Origin: Candidatus Yanofskybacteria bacterium
GTDB taxonomy: Bacteria; Patescibacteriota; Minisyncoccia; 2-02-FULL-40-12; GWA2-44-9
Direction: 5' to 3'
Length of the DNA stretch: 64,000 bases
Assembly (NCBI GenBank): GCA_003514055.1
Contig: DOSG01000001.1
Span: 24,571-88,570, forward strand
The notes beneath the pieces are model-generated. The model was not told where the DNA came from. It saw only the letters and a list, made by a program, of their open reading frames with translations, and ran no database searches. Position numbers and translations under genes: made by a program. Position 1 is the first letter of the stretch, and each line of letters starts with the position of its first letter. Positions 8,027 to 17,755 of the stretch are shown piece after piece.

Positions 8027-10450
8027 ATGGCGAGTTTGACCGGAGTCAAGCTGGCAATATGCCAGATGCCAGTCGTGGTCGGAAGGCCTGACCTAAACGT
8101 TCGGTATATGCGTCAGGAGATTTCTGACGCGAAAGATAAGGGCGTAGACATTATTATCTTCCCGGAACTTTCGGTAACTGGGTATATTATCGGCGATATG
8201 TTTGAGCGTGAAGAATTCATTCTCGATGCATACAAGTCGTGTGATGCTATGTTGCGTGAAGTAACGAAAGACGGCATTACGGCGATTGTCGGTGTGCCCG
8301 TCTATGACAACGGTCTTCGTGGCGAAGACGGACGTCGAAGATTATACAATGCAGCTGTTGTATATAGCGACGGTAAGTATATTGGTAAGGCCATCAAAAC
8401 GTTGCAGCCAAACTATCGAATGTTCGACGATGATCGTCATTTCTATTCAGAGCGAAAATTGGCACAGGAGAACGGCCTAGATCTGAATATGATCAATAAC
8501 GTATTTGCCATAAAGTTAAGAGACAGTCGGATAATACGTCCCGGTGTAATGCTTTGCGAAGATGGATGGCCTGATGACTATTATATTGATCCGAGCGAGG
8601 CGCTCATGAATAATGGTGCCGAATTAATTATCAATATATCGGCGTCACCATGGGGTTGGCAGAAGAATCGTAAACGCCACAGCGTCGTCAAGGAGCTCTT
8701 GACCAAACGTAAGGTGTCGATGGTATATGTAAATAACACCGGCTTGCAGAACAATGGCAAGAATTTGATCGTGTTTGATGGCAGCTCAACAGTATACAAC
8801 GCGAACGGAGAAGTTGTTTACGAAGTTGCTCCCTATGCCGTTGGTAATCACTATTTCGAATTTACGGAAAAACTTCCCGTTGTTATTCAAAACAAACAAG
8901 ATGATTCGCGGGAGCTATATCTGGCGGTACATAACGCCATCAAGGAATTCTGTTCATCATTCAAGAAGATTATCATTGGCGTCAGTGGTGGTATTGATTC
9001 AGCTGTCGCCGCTGCGGCATATGTCGATGCGCTGGGCAAAGATAAGGTCCTCGGAGTCTTTATGCCTTTTAGTAAATATAGTTCTACCGAGAGCGAAGTA
9101 AGGGCTCGTGCTATAGCTGAAAGTCTCGGTATTGAATTCCGAGTCGTGAGCATCGATGCAATCGTTGATTCGATTGCGGGATTACTTTCTACACAAGAGG
9201 GAACTCTTGAGTATGAGAATATACAGGCTCGGGCTCGTATGGAAGTCCTAGCAGCCATTGCTCAGAGAGAGGGTGGCGTGTTCGTCTGCAATACAAACAA
9301 AGTCGAAGCCGCATTTGGCTACGGCACGATGTATGGCGATATCGCTGGTGCTCTCGCGTTGTTGGCCGATATGGTGAAGCGCGAAGTCTATCAGTTGGGT
9401 AATTACTACAATGAGCAGGTTTTTGGTAGGCAAGTAATTCCTGCCGATTGTTTCAACATTGCGCCCACGGCCGAGTTGGGCCTGAATCAGAAAGACCCCT
9501 TCGATTATGGGAATCTGCTTCGCCGAGGTTATCACGACGAGATGGTTAGGGCATTCACTGAATTCAGACTTGGTCCGGAATGGTTCATTGAAGCCTATAT
9601 GTCGAAGCAACTTGAGATAGAGTTGAAGCTTGAAGCTGGGACGATCGATCGATTGTTTCCTTCAGCTGGCAAGTTCGTCGCTGATCTCGAAAAACACTGG
9701 GCTTTGTATCGACGAGCATTCTTCAAGACAAATCAAATGCCGCCGATTCTCATCGTGAGCAAGCGCGCATTCGGTTATGATCTGCGAAGGTCAATGGTGA
9801 CGCCCCACTTTACTGGAAGGTATCGACGATTAAAGGCATTCGTATTGCCTAAAGAGCCCAGACGAATTGCGATCTATGGTGGAAGTTTCAATCCGCCCGG
9901 ATTGAATCATCTCCAGGTCGTACAAAGTGCTCTTAAATCATTCGACACAGTTATCGTTGTGCCGTGTGGTCCCAGAGGGGATAAGGATTCTATCAATACG
10001 GTAACCTTCGTGGACCGCAAGAATATGATCGAGATGGCTTTTGGCGATGTACCTGGCGTAGAGATTGATTGGCGAGATTTGAAGTCGGGCGACTTCACTC
10101 CAACCTATCAATTGCAGGAGATCTACAAAGCAGAATTCCCCGACGACGAAATATGGTTCGTGGTCGGGAGTGATATAGTTTTGAAGGGTTCAGATGGCCT
10201 ATCGCTTATTCAGCGAATGTGGCGTCAGGGTAAGAGAATCTGGCAAGAGTTAAACTGGGCAGTGATTGCTCGAAGCAACGTGGCTATTCCAGCCGACAAC
10301 ATGCCGCCGAATTTTCTACTGCTTGCGGCGAGTGACATCTTTGGATCATCGAGTACCATTAGACAGATGGTAGCTGATGGCAAAGATATCGGTGATTTCG
10401 TCGATGACGAAGTTGGTGAATATATTGCCAAGAAGGGATTGTACAGATAG
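8027..10450 (+). CDS. nadE: Tri-domain fusion: glutamine-dependent NAD+ synthetase (nitrilase-type glutaminase + NadE PP-loop) fused to NaMN adenylyltransferase (NadD)
   Basis: N-terminal CN-hydrolase domain; SGGIDSAV PP-loop; C-terminal YGGSFNPPGLNHL HxGH nucleotidyltransferase motif and ...SSTIRQ. Confidence 0.8.
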   Translation: MASLTGVKLAICQMPVVVGRPDLNVRYMRQEISDAKDKGVDIIIFPELSVTGYIIGDMFEREEFILDAYKSCDAMLREVTKDGITAIVGVPVYDNGLRGEDGRRRLYNAAVVYSDGKYIGKAIKTLQPNYRMFDDDRHFYSERKLAQENGLDLNMINNVFAIKLRDSRIIRPGVMLCEDGWPDDYYIDPSEALMNNGAELIINISASPWGWQKNRKRHSVVKELLTKRKVSMVYVNNTGLQNNGKNLIVFDGSSTVYNANGEVVYEVAPYAVGNHYFEFTEKLPVVIQNKQDDSRELYLAVHNAIKEFCSSFKKIIIGVSGGIDSAVAAAAYVDALGKDKVLGVFMPFSKYSSTESEVRARAIAESLGIEFRVVSIDAIVDSIAGLLSTQEGTLEYENIQARARMEVLAAIAQREGGVFVCNTNKVEAAFGYGTMYGDIAGALALLADMVKREVYQLGNYYNEQVFGRQVIPADCFNIAPTAELGLNQKDPFDYGNLLRRGYHDEMVRAFTEFRLGPEWFIEAYMSKQLEIELKLEAGTIDRLFPSAGKFVADLEKHWALYRRAFFKTNQMPPILIVSKRAFGYDLRRSMVTPHFTGRYRRLKAFVLPKEPRRIAIYGGSFNPPGLNHLQVVQSALKSFDTVIVVPCGPRGDKDSINTVTFVDRKNMIEMAFGDVPGVEIDWRDLKSGDFTPTYQLQEIYKAEFPDDEIWFVVGSDIVLKGSDGLSLIQRMWRQGKRIWQELNWAVIARSNVAIPADNMPPNFLLLAASDIFGSSSTIRQMVADGKDIGDFVDDEVGEYIAKKGLYR

Positions 10451-10453
10451 TTA

Positions 10454-10477
10454 GCCCCGCAAAAGCGGGGCTATTTA
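10454..10477 (+). terminator. rho-independent terminator
   Basis: GCCCCGC-aaaa-GCGGGGC + TATTT. Confidence 0.6.
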
Positions 10478-10546
10478 ATTGGCTTGACAAAGCGACAAAT
10501 TATTAGTATTAATATGCCAGTTGGTCTTTGAAAACGGGAGGTCTTC

Positions 10547-11485
10547 GTGCTCATTGGTACGCTTCCGACGTTGGTTAGCCCATCAACATTGATTGTGGCC
10601 GAGAACATGATTGCTCATCCGGCTATCGCCGCAGTTCGTTACAATACTGGTGGCGACAGTCCGCTGGCGCCATTGCAGATATTATCGATGGTAAAGAAAA
10701 TGACGGACAAATATGGAAAGACGCTATACGTCGATCTTGAGGGCCGACAGCTTAGAATTGCTCGCTGGACTCCATTTGAATCGGGCATGGTGGTGCTCAA
10801 CCGAGATTTTTCGGTGAAACCACCGGCTAGGATATTCATTCGTAATGCCGGCTGGTTCGATCTTGTTGCGGCCAAACCAAAAGAAAGAAAGGTATATGTT
10901 GAGAATGGTCCAGCTTTACGCCAGTACTATTTTGGCGAGAGCCAGAGCACTCACATTGTTGGTGGCGATTTCGAAGTCCAGGGATATTTGGGCGGTTTAG
11001 ACTTTGAATATATCGAAGCTGCTAAGCAATCAGGTATAACGAACTTTATGCTTTCGTTCGTCGAAGATGAAAGTGATTTGGATGATTTCTATGTGCACTT
11101 CCCAAGACGAAAACGAAGCAAGATGTCGGTTGTTCTCAAAATCGAGTCCCAAAAGGGATTGGCATTTATTCGGAGCCGGCATTGGCGCATCAATGAGCGA
11201 CTCATGGCAGCGCGAGACGATCTGTTTATCAGCTTTGGCGAGAATCCCGTCGGAATCTACGAAGGGCTGAAGCAGATCATCAAAGTTGATCCAAGCGCTA
11301 TTGTGGCCTCACGTATTTTGCACGGCTTCCAATCGACCGGTATCGTTACGATGGGTGATATTGCAGACATCATATTGATGTCGCGAATCGGTTATCGGAA
11401 TTTTATGTTTTCCGATGGTATTGCCAAGAAATTTCCCGAAGCTATTAAGCTCTGGGAAGAGATTAAGCCATCGATGGAAGTATAG
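10547..11485 (+). CDS. pyruvate-kinase-barrel-like / HpcH-type TIM-barrel protein (tentative)
   Basis: MLSFVEDESDL and KIESQKGL resemble PK motifs SFVRSAEDV / KIENQEG; too short for full PK. Confidence 0.4.
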   Translation: MLIGTLPTLVSPSTLIVAENMIAHPAIAAVRYNTGGDSPLAPLQILSMVKKMTDKYGKTLYVDLEGRQLRIARWTPFESGMVVLNRDFSVKPPARIFIRNAGWFDLVAAKPKERKVYVENGPALRQYYFGESQSTHIVGGDFEVQGYLGGLDFEYIEAAKQSGITNFMLSFVEDESDLDDFYVHFPRRKRSKMSVVLKIESQKGLAFIRSRHWRINERLMAARDDLFISFGENPVGIYEGLKQIIKVDPSAIVASRILHGFQSTGIVTMGDIADIILMSRIGYRNFMFSDGIAKKFPEAIKLWEEIKPSMEV

Positions 11486-11487
11486 TC

Positions 11488-12795
11488 ATGAAACGAGCTT
11501 TTGTTGTTGGTGGTCTTGTCTTTGGAGACGAGGGTAAGGGTACGACCGTAGACTACTTGGTTCGACAATATGACGCCAGCGTTGTAATCCGCTATAACGG
11601 TGGATCGCAGGCCGGACATAATGTTGTTACGCCAGATGGTATCCATCATTGCTTCGCTCAGTTTGGTTCTGGCACGTTGGTGCCGGGCGTCTGGACATAT
11701 CTCAGTCGGTTCATGTTTATTGACCCAATGAGACTCATGTCCGAATACGATGTGTTAGCTGGGAAAGGTTTTGGCGACGCATTAGATCGCTTGATCATTA
11801 GCGGTAGCTGTCCGATTATTACGCCGTATCATAAGTTAGCAGGACAGATCCAGGAATTGATAAACGGCGATGGCAGGCTTGGCAGTTGTGGGATGGGTGT
11901 CGGCGACGCCATGAAGGCTTTCGCCAACGATCCCGTGGATTGTCTGACGATGAGCGACCTATCAGATCCCTGGGTGCTAGAGAGAAAGCTTAGAATTCTT
12001 CAAGCGAAGAAAAAGAGCTTCGTCGAGATGGTCGCCAAGTTTAGTACCGATAAGGCAGTCACCGATAGAATCGCCGAAATTAATTCGGATAAACTGTTTG
12101 AGCGATGCTTAAAATCGTATTCCGCTTTTTCAGTGATTATTCCGAACATCGACGATGGCCGATATCTAAGCGAATTACTTTCTAGGTCGGGTAATATAGT
12201 TTTCGAGGGTGCACAAGGTGCCTTGCTTGATCGTGAGTTAGGCTTCCAGCCGTATATAACCAGATCCAACTGTTCATTTGCAAACGCAGATGAATTGCTG
12301 ACTGGTTACGATGGTCGTATTGTGAAGCTTGGTATCACAAGGGCTTTCGCTACGAGACATGGTAATGGCCCATTTGTTAGCGAGGCTGCTCTGCCTTCTA
12401 GCGTGCTAGTCGGCGAACATAACGTTCAGAACGAGTGGCAAGGTCATTTCCGGGTTGGTTGGCTAGATCTCGTTGCGCTTAGACGAGGCTTCGATATTTT
12501 GGGCAAGCTGGACGGTGTGGTGGTTACCAATCTCGACCGTGTCAGCGAGCTGGATGAGTTGCGAGTATGTATTGCCTACAATACTGCAGAAGGCCTGACA
12601 AAAGACAGGATAATCGGTAGCGGACGTCTGATGACCGATGGGTTATTCACTAGTACCCCCGTATATAGGCTCTTCCGTCGAGAGGGCGTCTTTGAAGAGT
12701 ATATGAAGTATCTGGAGAAGTATATTCCAGTCCCGATAGTTGTAACTTCTCGTGGTCCTACTGCCCGAGACAAGGAATCCATCCTTAATATATAG
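11488..12795 (+). CDS. purA: adenylosuccinate synthetase
   Basis: GDEGKGTTVDYL P-loop, GGSQAGHNVV, 435 aa. Confidence 0.9.
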   Translation: MKRAFVVGGLVFGDEGKGTTVDYLVRQYDASVVIRYNGGSQAGHNVVTPDGIHHCFAQFGSGTLVPGVWTYLSRFMFIDPMRLMSEYDVLAGKGFGDALDRLIISGSCPIITPYHKLAGQIQELINGDGRLGSCGMGVGDAMKAFANDPVDCLTMSDLSDPWVLERKLRILQAKKKSFVEMVAKFSTDKAVTDRIAEINSDKLFERCLKSYSAFSVIIPNIDDGRYLSELLSRSGNIVFEGAQGALLDRELGFQPYITRSNCSFANADELLTGYDGRIVKLGITRAFATRHGNGPFVSEAALPSSVLVGEHNVQNEWQGHFRVGWLDLVALRRGFDILGKLDGVVVTNLDRVSELDELRVCIAYNTAEGLTKDRIIGSGRLMTDGLFTSTPVYRLFRREGVFEEYMKYLEKYIPVPIVVTSRGPTARDKESILNI

Positions 12796-12816
12796 CCCTA
12801 ATCGGGCTATTTTTAT
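12794..12816 (+). terminator. rho-independent terminator
   Basis: AGCCC-taat-CGGGCT + TTTTT. Confidence 0.55.
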
Positions 12817-13122
12817 TAACTATTAGAGATAACGGGAGAGGTTACTGATAAATATTCAAAGTAGTATAATTACGTAAATTGAGATTAGTTTGGTGATGGG
12901 TTATATTAGAAGAAGATCTGGGATGTAGTAATCGTCACGATTCCTATCGATCCAGGTTTTGACAGCCTCTACGGTCCGCAGCAAGCGCTCCCTCATTAAG
13001 ACGACTAAGGGGAGCATAAGGTAAAGGAGCGCACAGTGCCCTGAACGAAGTGAAGGGGTATAAGCGATTTAGATGTTGAGGCAGGTTCGGTATTCAAAGA
13101 GCGTTGAAATAATAGTTCAAAT

Positions 13123-13692
13123 ATGAAAACTGCAATTCTTATTCACGGTATGCCTTCAAAAGAGGAGTACCTTGATGTAAACACCCCAGTCGCTTCAAAT
13201 AATCAGTGGTTCCCGTGGCTACAAAAACAACTTTCGATAATAGGCGTGGCGGCACAAACACCAGAAATGCCTGAGCCTTTTAGGCCAGATTACGAGAAAT
13301 GGAAAAAAGTATTTGAGCAATTTATTATAGATGAACAAACTATTTTAATTGGTCATAGTTGTGGCGGCGGCTTTTTAGTTAGATGGCTAAGCGAGAATAA
13401 TGTGAAAGTTGGCAAGGTAGTCTTGGTTGCACCGTGGATTAATACCGAAGCAGACGACACTGTTCCAGGCTTCTTTGATTTTAAAGTTGATGAAAATTTA
13501 GTTTCTAAAACTGATGAATTGCACCTATTTATTTCTTCGGATGATGAACAGGATGAATTAGATACGGCCGACATGATCGAAAAAAGGGTCCACGGTGTTC
13601 GAGTGCATAGATTTACTAATAAAGGCCACTTTTGTATAGGTTTTAATTTAATAAATGAGAAGTTTCCTGAGTTGTTGGAGATTTTGAGATAG
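13123..13692 (+). CDS. small alpha/beta serine hydrolase (YdeN/RBBP9-like)
   Basis: 189 aa, ILIGHSCGGGF nucleophile elbow. Confidence 0.55.
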   Translation: MKTAILIHGMPSKEEYLDVNTPVASNNQWFPWLQKQLSIIGVAAQTPEMPEPFRPDYEKWKKVFEQFIIDEQTILIGHSCGGGFLVRWLSENNVKVGKVVLVAPWINTEADDTVPGFFDFKVDENLVSKTDELHLFISSDDEQDELDTADMIEKRVHGVRVHRFTNKGHFCIGFNLINEKFPELLEILR

Positions 13693-13725
13693 TTTCAACG
13701 TCTGACCAAGCAGCCAGCAAATATA

Positions 13726-14202
13726 ATGAAGAGCACGAAGTCGGCACTAAAATGGATCGTCGAAATCCTTAATAAAAGAAACATATCCTTCCAGATAGGT
13801 GGAGGATTTGCGGCACGAATTTATGGTGTTAATAGGGAGCTTAATGATATAGATATAACATTGCCGACAAATAGACTTCCCGAATTGGTACCTGAAGTTA
13901 GAGCATGCATAACTCACGAACTGCGTAATTATAAAGATGAAAAATGGGATGTCATTGGCATGACCATAGAATGTATGGGGCAGGTGATTGATTTCCTCGG
14001 GGCACAAGGCAAGAAAATATTTAATAGTATAAGCAAAGAATGGATTGTCTCAGAAAATGATTTTTCGAGCAGTGAATTAAAAGAGGTCTACGGTATAATA
14101 GTTCCGGTTATGGCGAAGGAACGGTTGATTAATTACAAAAGGATTCTTTTACGAGAAGTTGATAGGGAAGATTTGAAAGGGCTGGGAGTCGACCCAGACT
14201 AA
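13726..14202 (+). CDS. minimal nucleotidyltransferase (Pol-beta superfamily)
   Basis: GGGFAARIYG...NDIDI (G[GS]x9-13DxD). Confidence 0.5.
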   Translation: MKSTKSALKWIVEILNKRNISFQIGGGFAARIYGVNRELNDIDITLPTNRLPELVPEVRACITHELRNYKDEKWDVIGMTIECMGQVIDFLGAQGKKIFNSISKEWIVSENDFSSSELKEVYGIIVPVMAKERLINYKRILLREVDREDLKGLGVDPD

Positions 14203-14259
14203 ACATAACAAGCCAGACTTAGTACATAGTAATCATCGTAATTCCTACTATAATTAAAA

Positions 14260-14285
14260 GAGCCGCACTTTGCGCGGCTCTTTTA
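14260..14285 (+). terminator. rho-independent terminator
   Basis: GAGCCGC-loop-GCGGCTC + TTTT. Confidence 0.6.
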
Positions 14286-14341
14286 ATTATAAATTGTTAG
14301 TGTTAAGATACGGCCAGTTACTTGACTGAAGGGTAAAAAGT

Positions 14342-14668
14342 ATGTTTCAGGAACCAGTTACCTTTATTGTTCCCACGAGGATGAGTGGTCTGCGAAAAAA
14401 GGTGCAGCGGATCTTTAGTAGACTCGAGAAACAGGTAAAAACTGAAGAAATTATCGCTGATAAGACCATGATCCATTTTTTCGATAGAACGCATGCAGAC
14501 TGGAAGAATCAATGGGAGATGGTCGACCAACATACTGGCGGAGAGGAGTTTGTTGAGAGATGGTGGCATGACTTTTTTGTGCCAAGATTCAAGGCTCTTG
14601 GTAGGGCTAGAGTCGCTCAAGCTAGAAGGTTATCTCGCGCGAGGATACGCGCTATGAAAAAGAAATAA
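14342..14668 (+). CDS. small conserved protein, family A (paralog of 2483..2794)
   Basis: Shares VDQHTGGEEFVERWWHDFFVPRF; followed by terminator. Confidence 0.6.
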   Translation: MFQEPVTFIVPTRMSGLRKKVQRIFSRLEKQVKTEEIIADKTMIHFFDRTHADWKNQWEMVDQHTGGEEFVERWWHDFFVPRFKALGRARVAQARRLSRARIRAMKKK

Positions 14669-14689
14669 AGGCCCAGAGGGCCTTTTTAT
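14669..14689 (+). terminator. rho-independent terminator
   Basis: AGGCCC-aga-GGGCCT + TTTTT. Confidence 0.6.
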
Positions 14690-14789
14690 ATTGGATAAAC
14701 CCAGATTTTATTGTAAAGTATTGGGGCGATCGTATAAAGAATGATTTTGAGCAGACATGGACCATTGAGATATTTACCGGAAAATAATT

Positions 14790-15482
14790 ATGCCAATAAA
14801 TTTACAAGATAAAATTGTACTTGCTCACAAGGGTTGTTTTAATAAAGAATGCGAGAAGATGTATAGAGAAAACTCTAAGGAAGTCTGTGCGCTTTCTGTC
14901 CGCAAAGATTATATTCACATTATTGAAATCGATGTTAGAAAATCTAAGGATGGAATACTTTACTGCTATCATGGAACTCTAATGCAATATTGGCTTTATC
15001 TTGTAATCCCTCGGATATTTTTCGATATTAAGAAGAGATACCACGTAGACACTCTTGAAGAAATATTAGGGGTAATACCGGAAGATAAAATTATTGTCCT
15101 TGATCTTAAAAGTAAATCCATTACCAAGACAGATATTTTAGATGCCCTAAGAGGCAAAAAATATAAAAAAGTCATTCTCGGCAACACCTCGTTGTCCTCG
15201 GTGTCTTTTTTAGAACGCTTTAATGATATGCCAGAAGAGTTTGTAAAAGTTATGAATGGCAATATTTTCTGTAAATTTTATGACCTCGCAAAACTCAAGG
15301 ATAAGAATTATAAATATTTTGAGGCGGTCTTTCCTTTTCAAGTAAGCAAAAAGATAATTGATGACGTATCTAGGTGCGGTATGGAATTTAGATGTGCCGG
15401 CTTATTCTTTTCGAGCAAAGAAAGCTATTGGAACAAGATTAATAAGTACAACATTAAACACGTTTCAAGCGATTTTATTTAA
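14790..15482 (+). CDS. hypothetical protein (AT-rich)
   Basis: 230-aa ORF, no recognisable motif. Confidence 0.4.
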   Translation: MPINLQDKIVLAHKGCFNKECEKMYRENSKEVCALSVRKDYIHIIEIDVRKSKDGILYCYHGTLMQYWLYLVIPRIFFDIKKRYHVDTLEEILGVIPEDKIIVLDLKSKSITKTDILDALRGKKYKKVILGNTSLSSVSFLERFNDMPEEFVKVMNGNIFCKFYDLAKLKDKNYKYFEAVFPFQVSKKIIDDVSRCGMEFRCAGLFFSSKESYWNKINKYNIKHVSSDFI

Positions 15483-15488
15483 AAACAT

Positions 15489-15821
15489 ATGTCTCAAGAA
15501 TTTCCATCGTTGAGCAAAAAAGAGTTGCCCGATCAAGAGTTAATTGATGCTCTACATTCGCATGGTCCAAAAGACCCAGCTACTAGGACAATGCTAGATT
15601 CATGGGTACGCGTCACTGAGCGCGAATTTAATGAAAATCCGGAATCTGTTTCGAGAATTGAGATGAATATCCGCCGTGGCAGATTATTCTTTGTGGCCGG
15701 ATATATCGATGAAGCCTATGACAGCTTAAGTGCCGCCGCTACTCAAGCCGATAATGAAGGAAAGACCGAGCTTTACGCCTCTATCATAGCGGAGATGGAT
15801 GAAATGGATACTAAGCTCTAA
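15489..15821 (+). CDS. hypothetical protein
   Basis: 110-aa ORF directly downstream. Confidence 0.35.
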   Translation: MSQEFPSLSKKELPDQELIDALHSHGPKDPATRTMLDSWVRVTEREFNENPESVSRIEMNIRRGRLFFVAGYIDEAYDSLSAAATQADNEGKTELYASIIAEMDEMDTKL

Positions 15822-17226
15822 TTATAGTTTTAAAATCTCGCAGAGCTCGAGCTGGGTCATTAAAATACGTATCAATCAATCCGGCGATTAACTTCGGACT
15901 TTTTTTGGTCTGCTCACTCAGAGCATAGAAAATGGGGCCCAGGTCAGTCTCTAGAAGATTATTGAAGATCTGTTGTCGAAGACCTCTTTTCATCTCATCG
16001 CCGAAAGCATCAATCGTGGTGGTCCCGGGTATGACGGTTTCAAATAGGCCTTCGACGATGGCCTGCATTCGACCAATGAGAATGACATGGTATGCGAATG
16101 GAATCCTGTGTTTAATAAATATTCGAGCAATACCGGTGAACCAGAATCCCATGGCACTGTCTTTCGTGGTCTCTAGGTATTCTTTTACGTCTTCCCTAAT
16201 TCTCGGTCTGTATTTCTCGTATGATGCTCCACACATTTTCAGGGCAGTCCGAATAGTTGCCTCTAAATCTTGAGCATAAATAGCCAATAGAAGATCTCTA
16301 GTCTCCCGAGTGTCTTTTTTGCTGAGATAACCTAAAAGACCGAAATCTAAGAAGGCCAATTTTCCATGAGGAAGAATGAGTAAATTTGAAGGATGAGGGT
16401 CTCCATGAAAGGCAAATTCGTCGCCATTAAGCCACGTCCGCATAATTGCCCCCATAGATGACTTAATCGAACCCTTAATGTTATAGAGAGGATTGTTTTC
16501 GATTGATTTAAAATTCCTAACTGGAATGCCTTCAATAAATTCCATCGTGATAATCTGATCGGACGAAAGATCACGATAAACTTTTGCGAAGATCATGCTA
16601 TCGGCATATTCCCCAATAGTTTCTCTCATCTTGCCATGATACTGATTTGATATCCGATCTAGATTATTGGCTTCATTTCTGAAATCAATCTCAGCCAACA
16701 GCCATGATTCAACTTGGTTGAAGATCTCGTTTAGATTGATTCGTCGCAGATTTTTTGAAAATATCTGAGCAATCTTGCCGAGTCGTTTAAGTATCGCCAA
16801 ATCAGATCGTATATTTTTCTCTACACTAGGCCGACGAACTTTCACGGCCACATCTCCATATTTTAGAGTATGCGCCTTATAAACTTGGGCGACAGAGGCC
16901 GAGGCTATGGGGATAGGGTTCCAGTTTTGGAATATGGTCTCTGGAGTGACTTTAAAATCTTCAAGGAAGATTTTCTCCACTTGCTCATACGGAATAGGCG
17001 GAACTGAATCTAGAAGTTTTTGCAACTCAGTGCAATCTTCACGAGACAATAATTCGTAACGGGTACTCAAAATTTGACCGATCTTGATAAATACAAATCC
17101 TAATTCTTCACAGGCAAGACGAAGCCGAGTACCGAGGGTCTTGTTTCGATGCTTAGTAAGTTTATACAGCGCTAAGTATTTAATACTCGTGGATGAGATC
17201 TGCAATGAACGACGAATTTTTTCCAT
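15811..17226 (-). CDS. ABC1/UbiB-family atypical protein kinase
   Basis: ELGFVFIKIGQ, HGDPHPSNLLI, FLDFGL; start moved to MEKIRRS because the upstream ORF extension overlaps the RHH gene. Confidence 0.8.
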   Translation of the reverse strand: MEKIRRSLQISSTSIKYLALYKLTKHRNKTLGTRLRLACEELGFVFIKIGQILSTRYELLSREDCTELQKLLDSVPPIPYEQVEKIFLEDFKVTPETIFQNWNPIPIASASVAQVYKAHTLKYGDVAVKVRRPSVEKNIRSDLAILKRLGKIAQIFSKNLRRINLNEIFNQVESWLLAEIDFRNEANNLDRISNQYHGKMRETIGEYADSMIFAKVYRDLSSDQIITMEFIEGIPVRNFKSIENNPLYNIKGSIKSSMGAIMRTWLNGDEFAFHGDPHPSNLLILPHGKLAFLDFGLLGYLSKKDTRETRDLLLAIYAQDLEATIRTALKMCGASYEKYRPRIREDVKEYLETTKDSAMGFWFTGIARIFIKHRIPFAYHVILIGRMQAIVEGLFETVIPGTTTIDAFGDEMKRGLRQQIFNNLLETDLGPIFYALSEQTKKSPKLIAGLIDTYFNDPARALRDFKTIIRA

Positions 17227-17227
17227 G

Positions 17228-17563
17228 CTAGGGCCTGCAATTCTTGCAGAAGAAATACTTCTTAGATTTTTCAGTTTCACCAACAGTGGCTGTTTCTCCG
17301 GCAGGTATTTTCGATTGGCATTGAGAGCATTCCAACTCTTGAGCCGTTTTAAAGCGGTGATAGCCGATAATATCTTTAAACTTGTCTTGCTTTTGAAATA
17401 GTTCTCCCGATAAATCATCTATAATTTCAGCACTGTCGCTAATAGCCTTGCGAATAAGAGTCGAGATGCTCTCGCTATTCTCTTTGGCCTTGTGCTTTAT
17501 CTTCTCGTAGGTAGCACGAGATACGCGAAGATTGATAATGTAGTCCTTGTTTGTGTCTTCCAT
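17228..17563 (-). CDS. ribbon-helix-helix (CopG-like) protein with C-terminal Cys4 zinc ribbon
   Basis: INLRVSRATYEKIKHKAKENSESISTLIRKAI then CSQCQ...CKNC. Confidence 0.5.
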   Translation of the reverse strand: MEDTNKDYIINLRVSRATYEKIKHKAKENSESISTLIRKAISDSAEIIDDLSGELFQKQDKFKDIIGYHRFKTAQELECSQCQSKIPAGETATVGETEKSKKYFFCKNCRP

Positions 17564-17755
17564 GGGTAGTGATTAGGTGTTATTAAGCCGATTGTATTAC
17601 GTTTGTATTACAAATACAACTTATACTGTTGATAATCGAATTGATCTATAGACGACCCAATCGTTATGGTTCGAGATGAATGACTGGGGTTGGAGGCACC
17701 TGGGTAGCCTAAATGGTTATATTTAATTTAGAAATAGTGTATAATTCATCTTATT

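Noticed and set aside
15811-17418. Full 535-aa version of the ABC1 kinase ORF
   Set aside because: Its first 64 codons overlap the RHH gene, which has a clear fold signature. ABC1 family members typically begin near the ...LGxxFIKxGQ block, matching the internal Met.`
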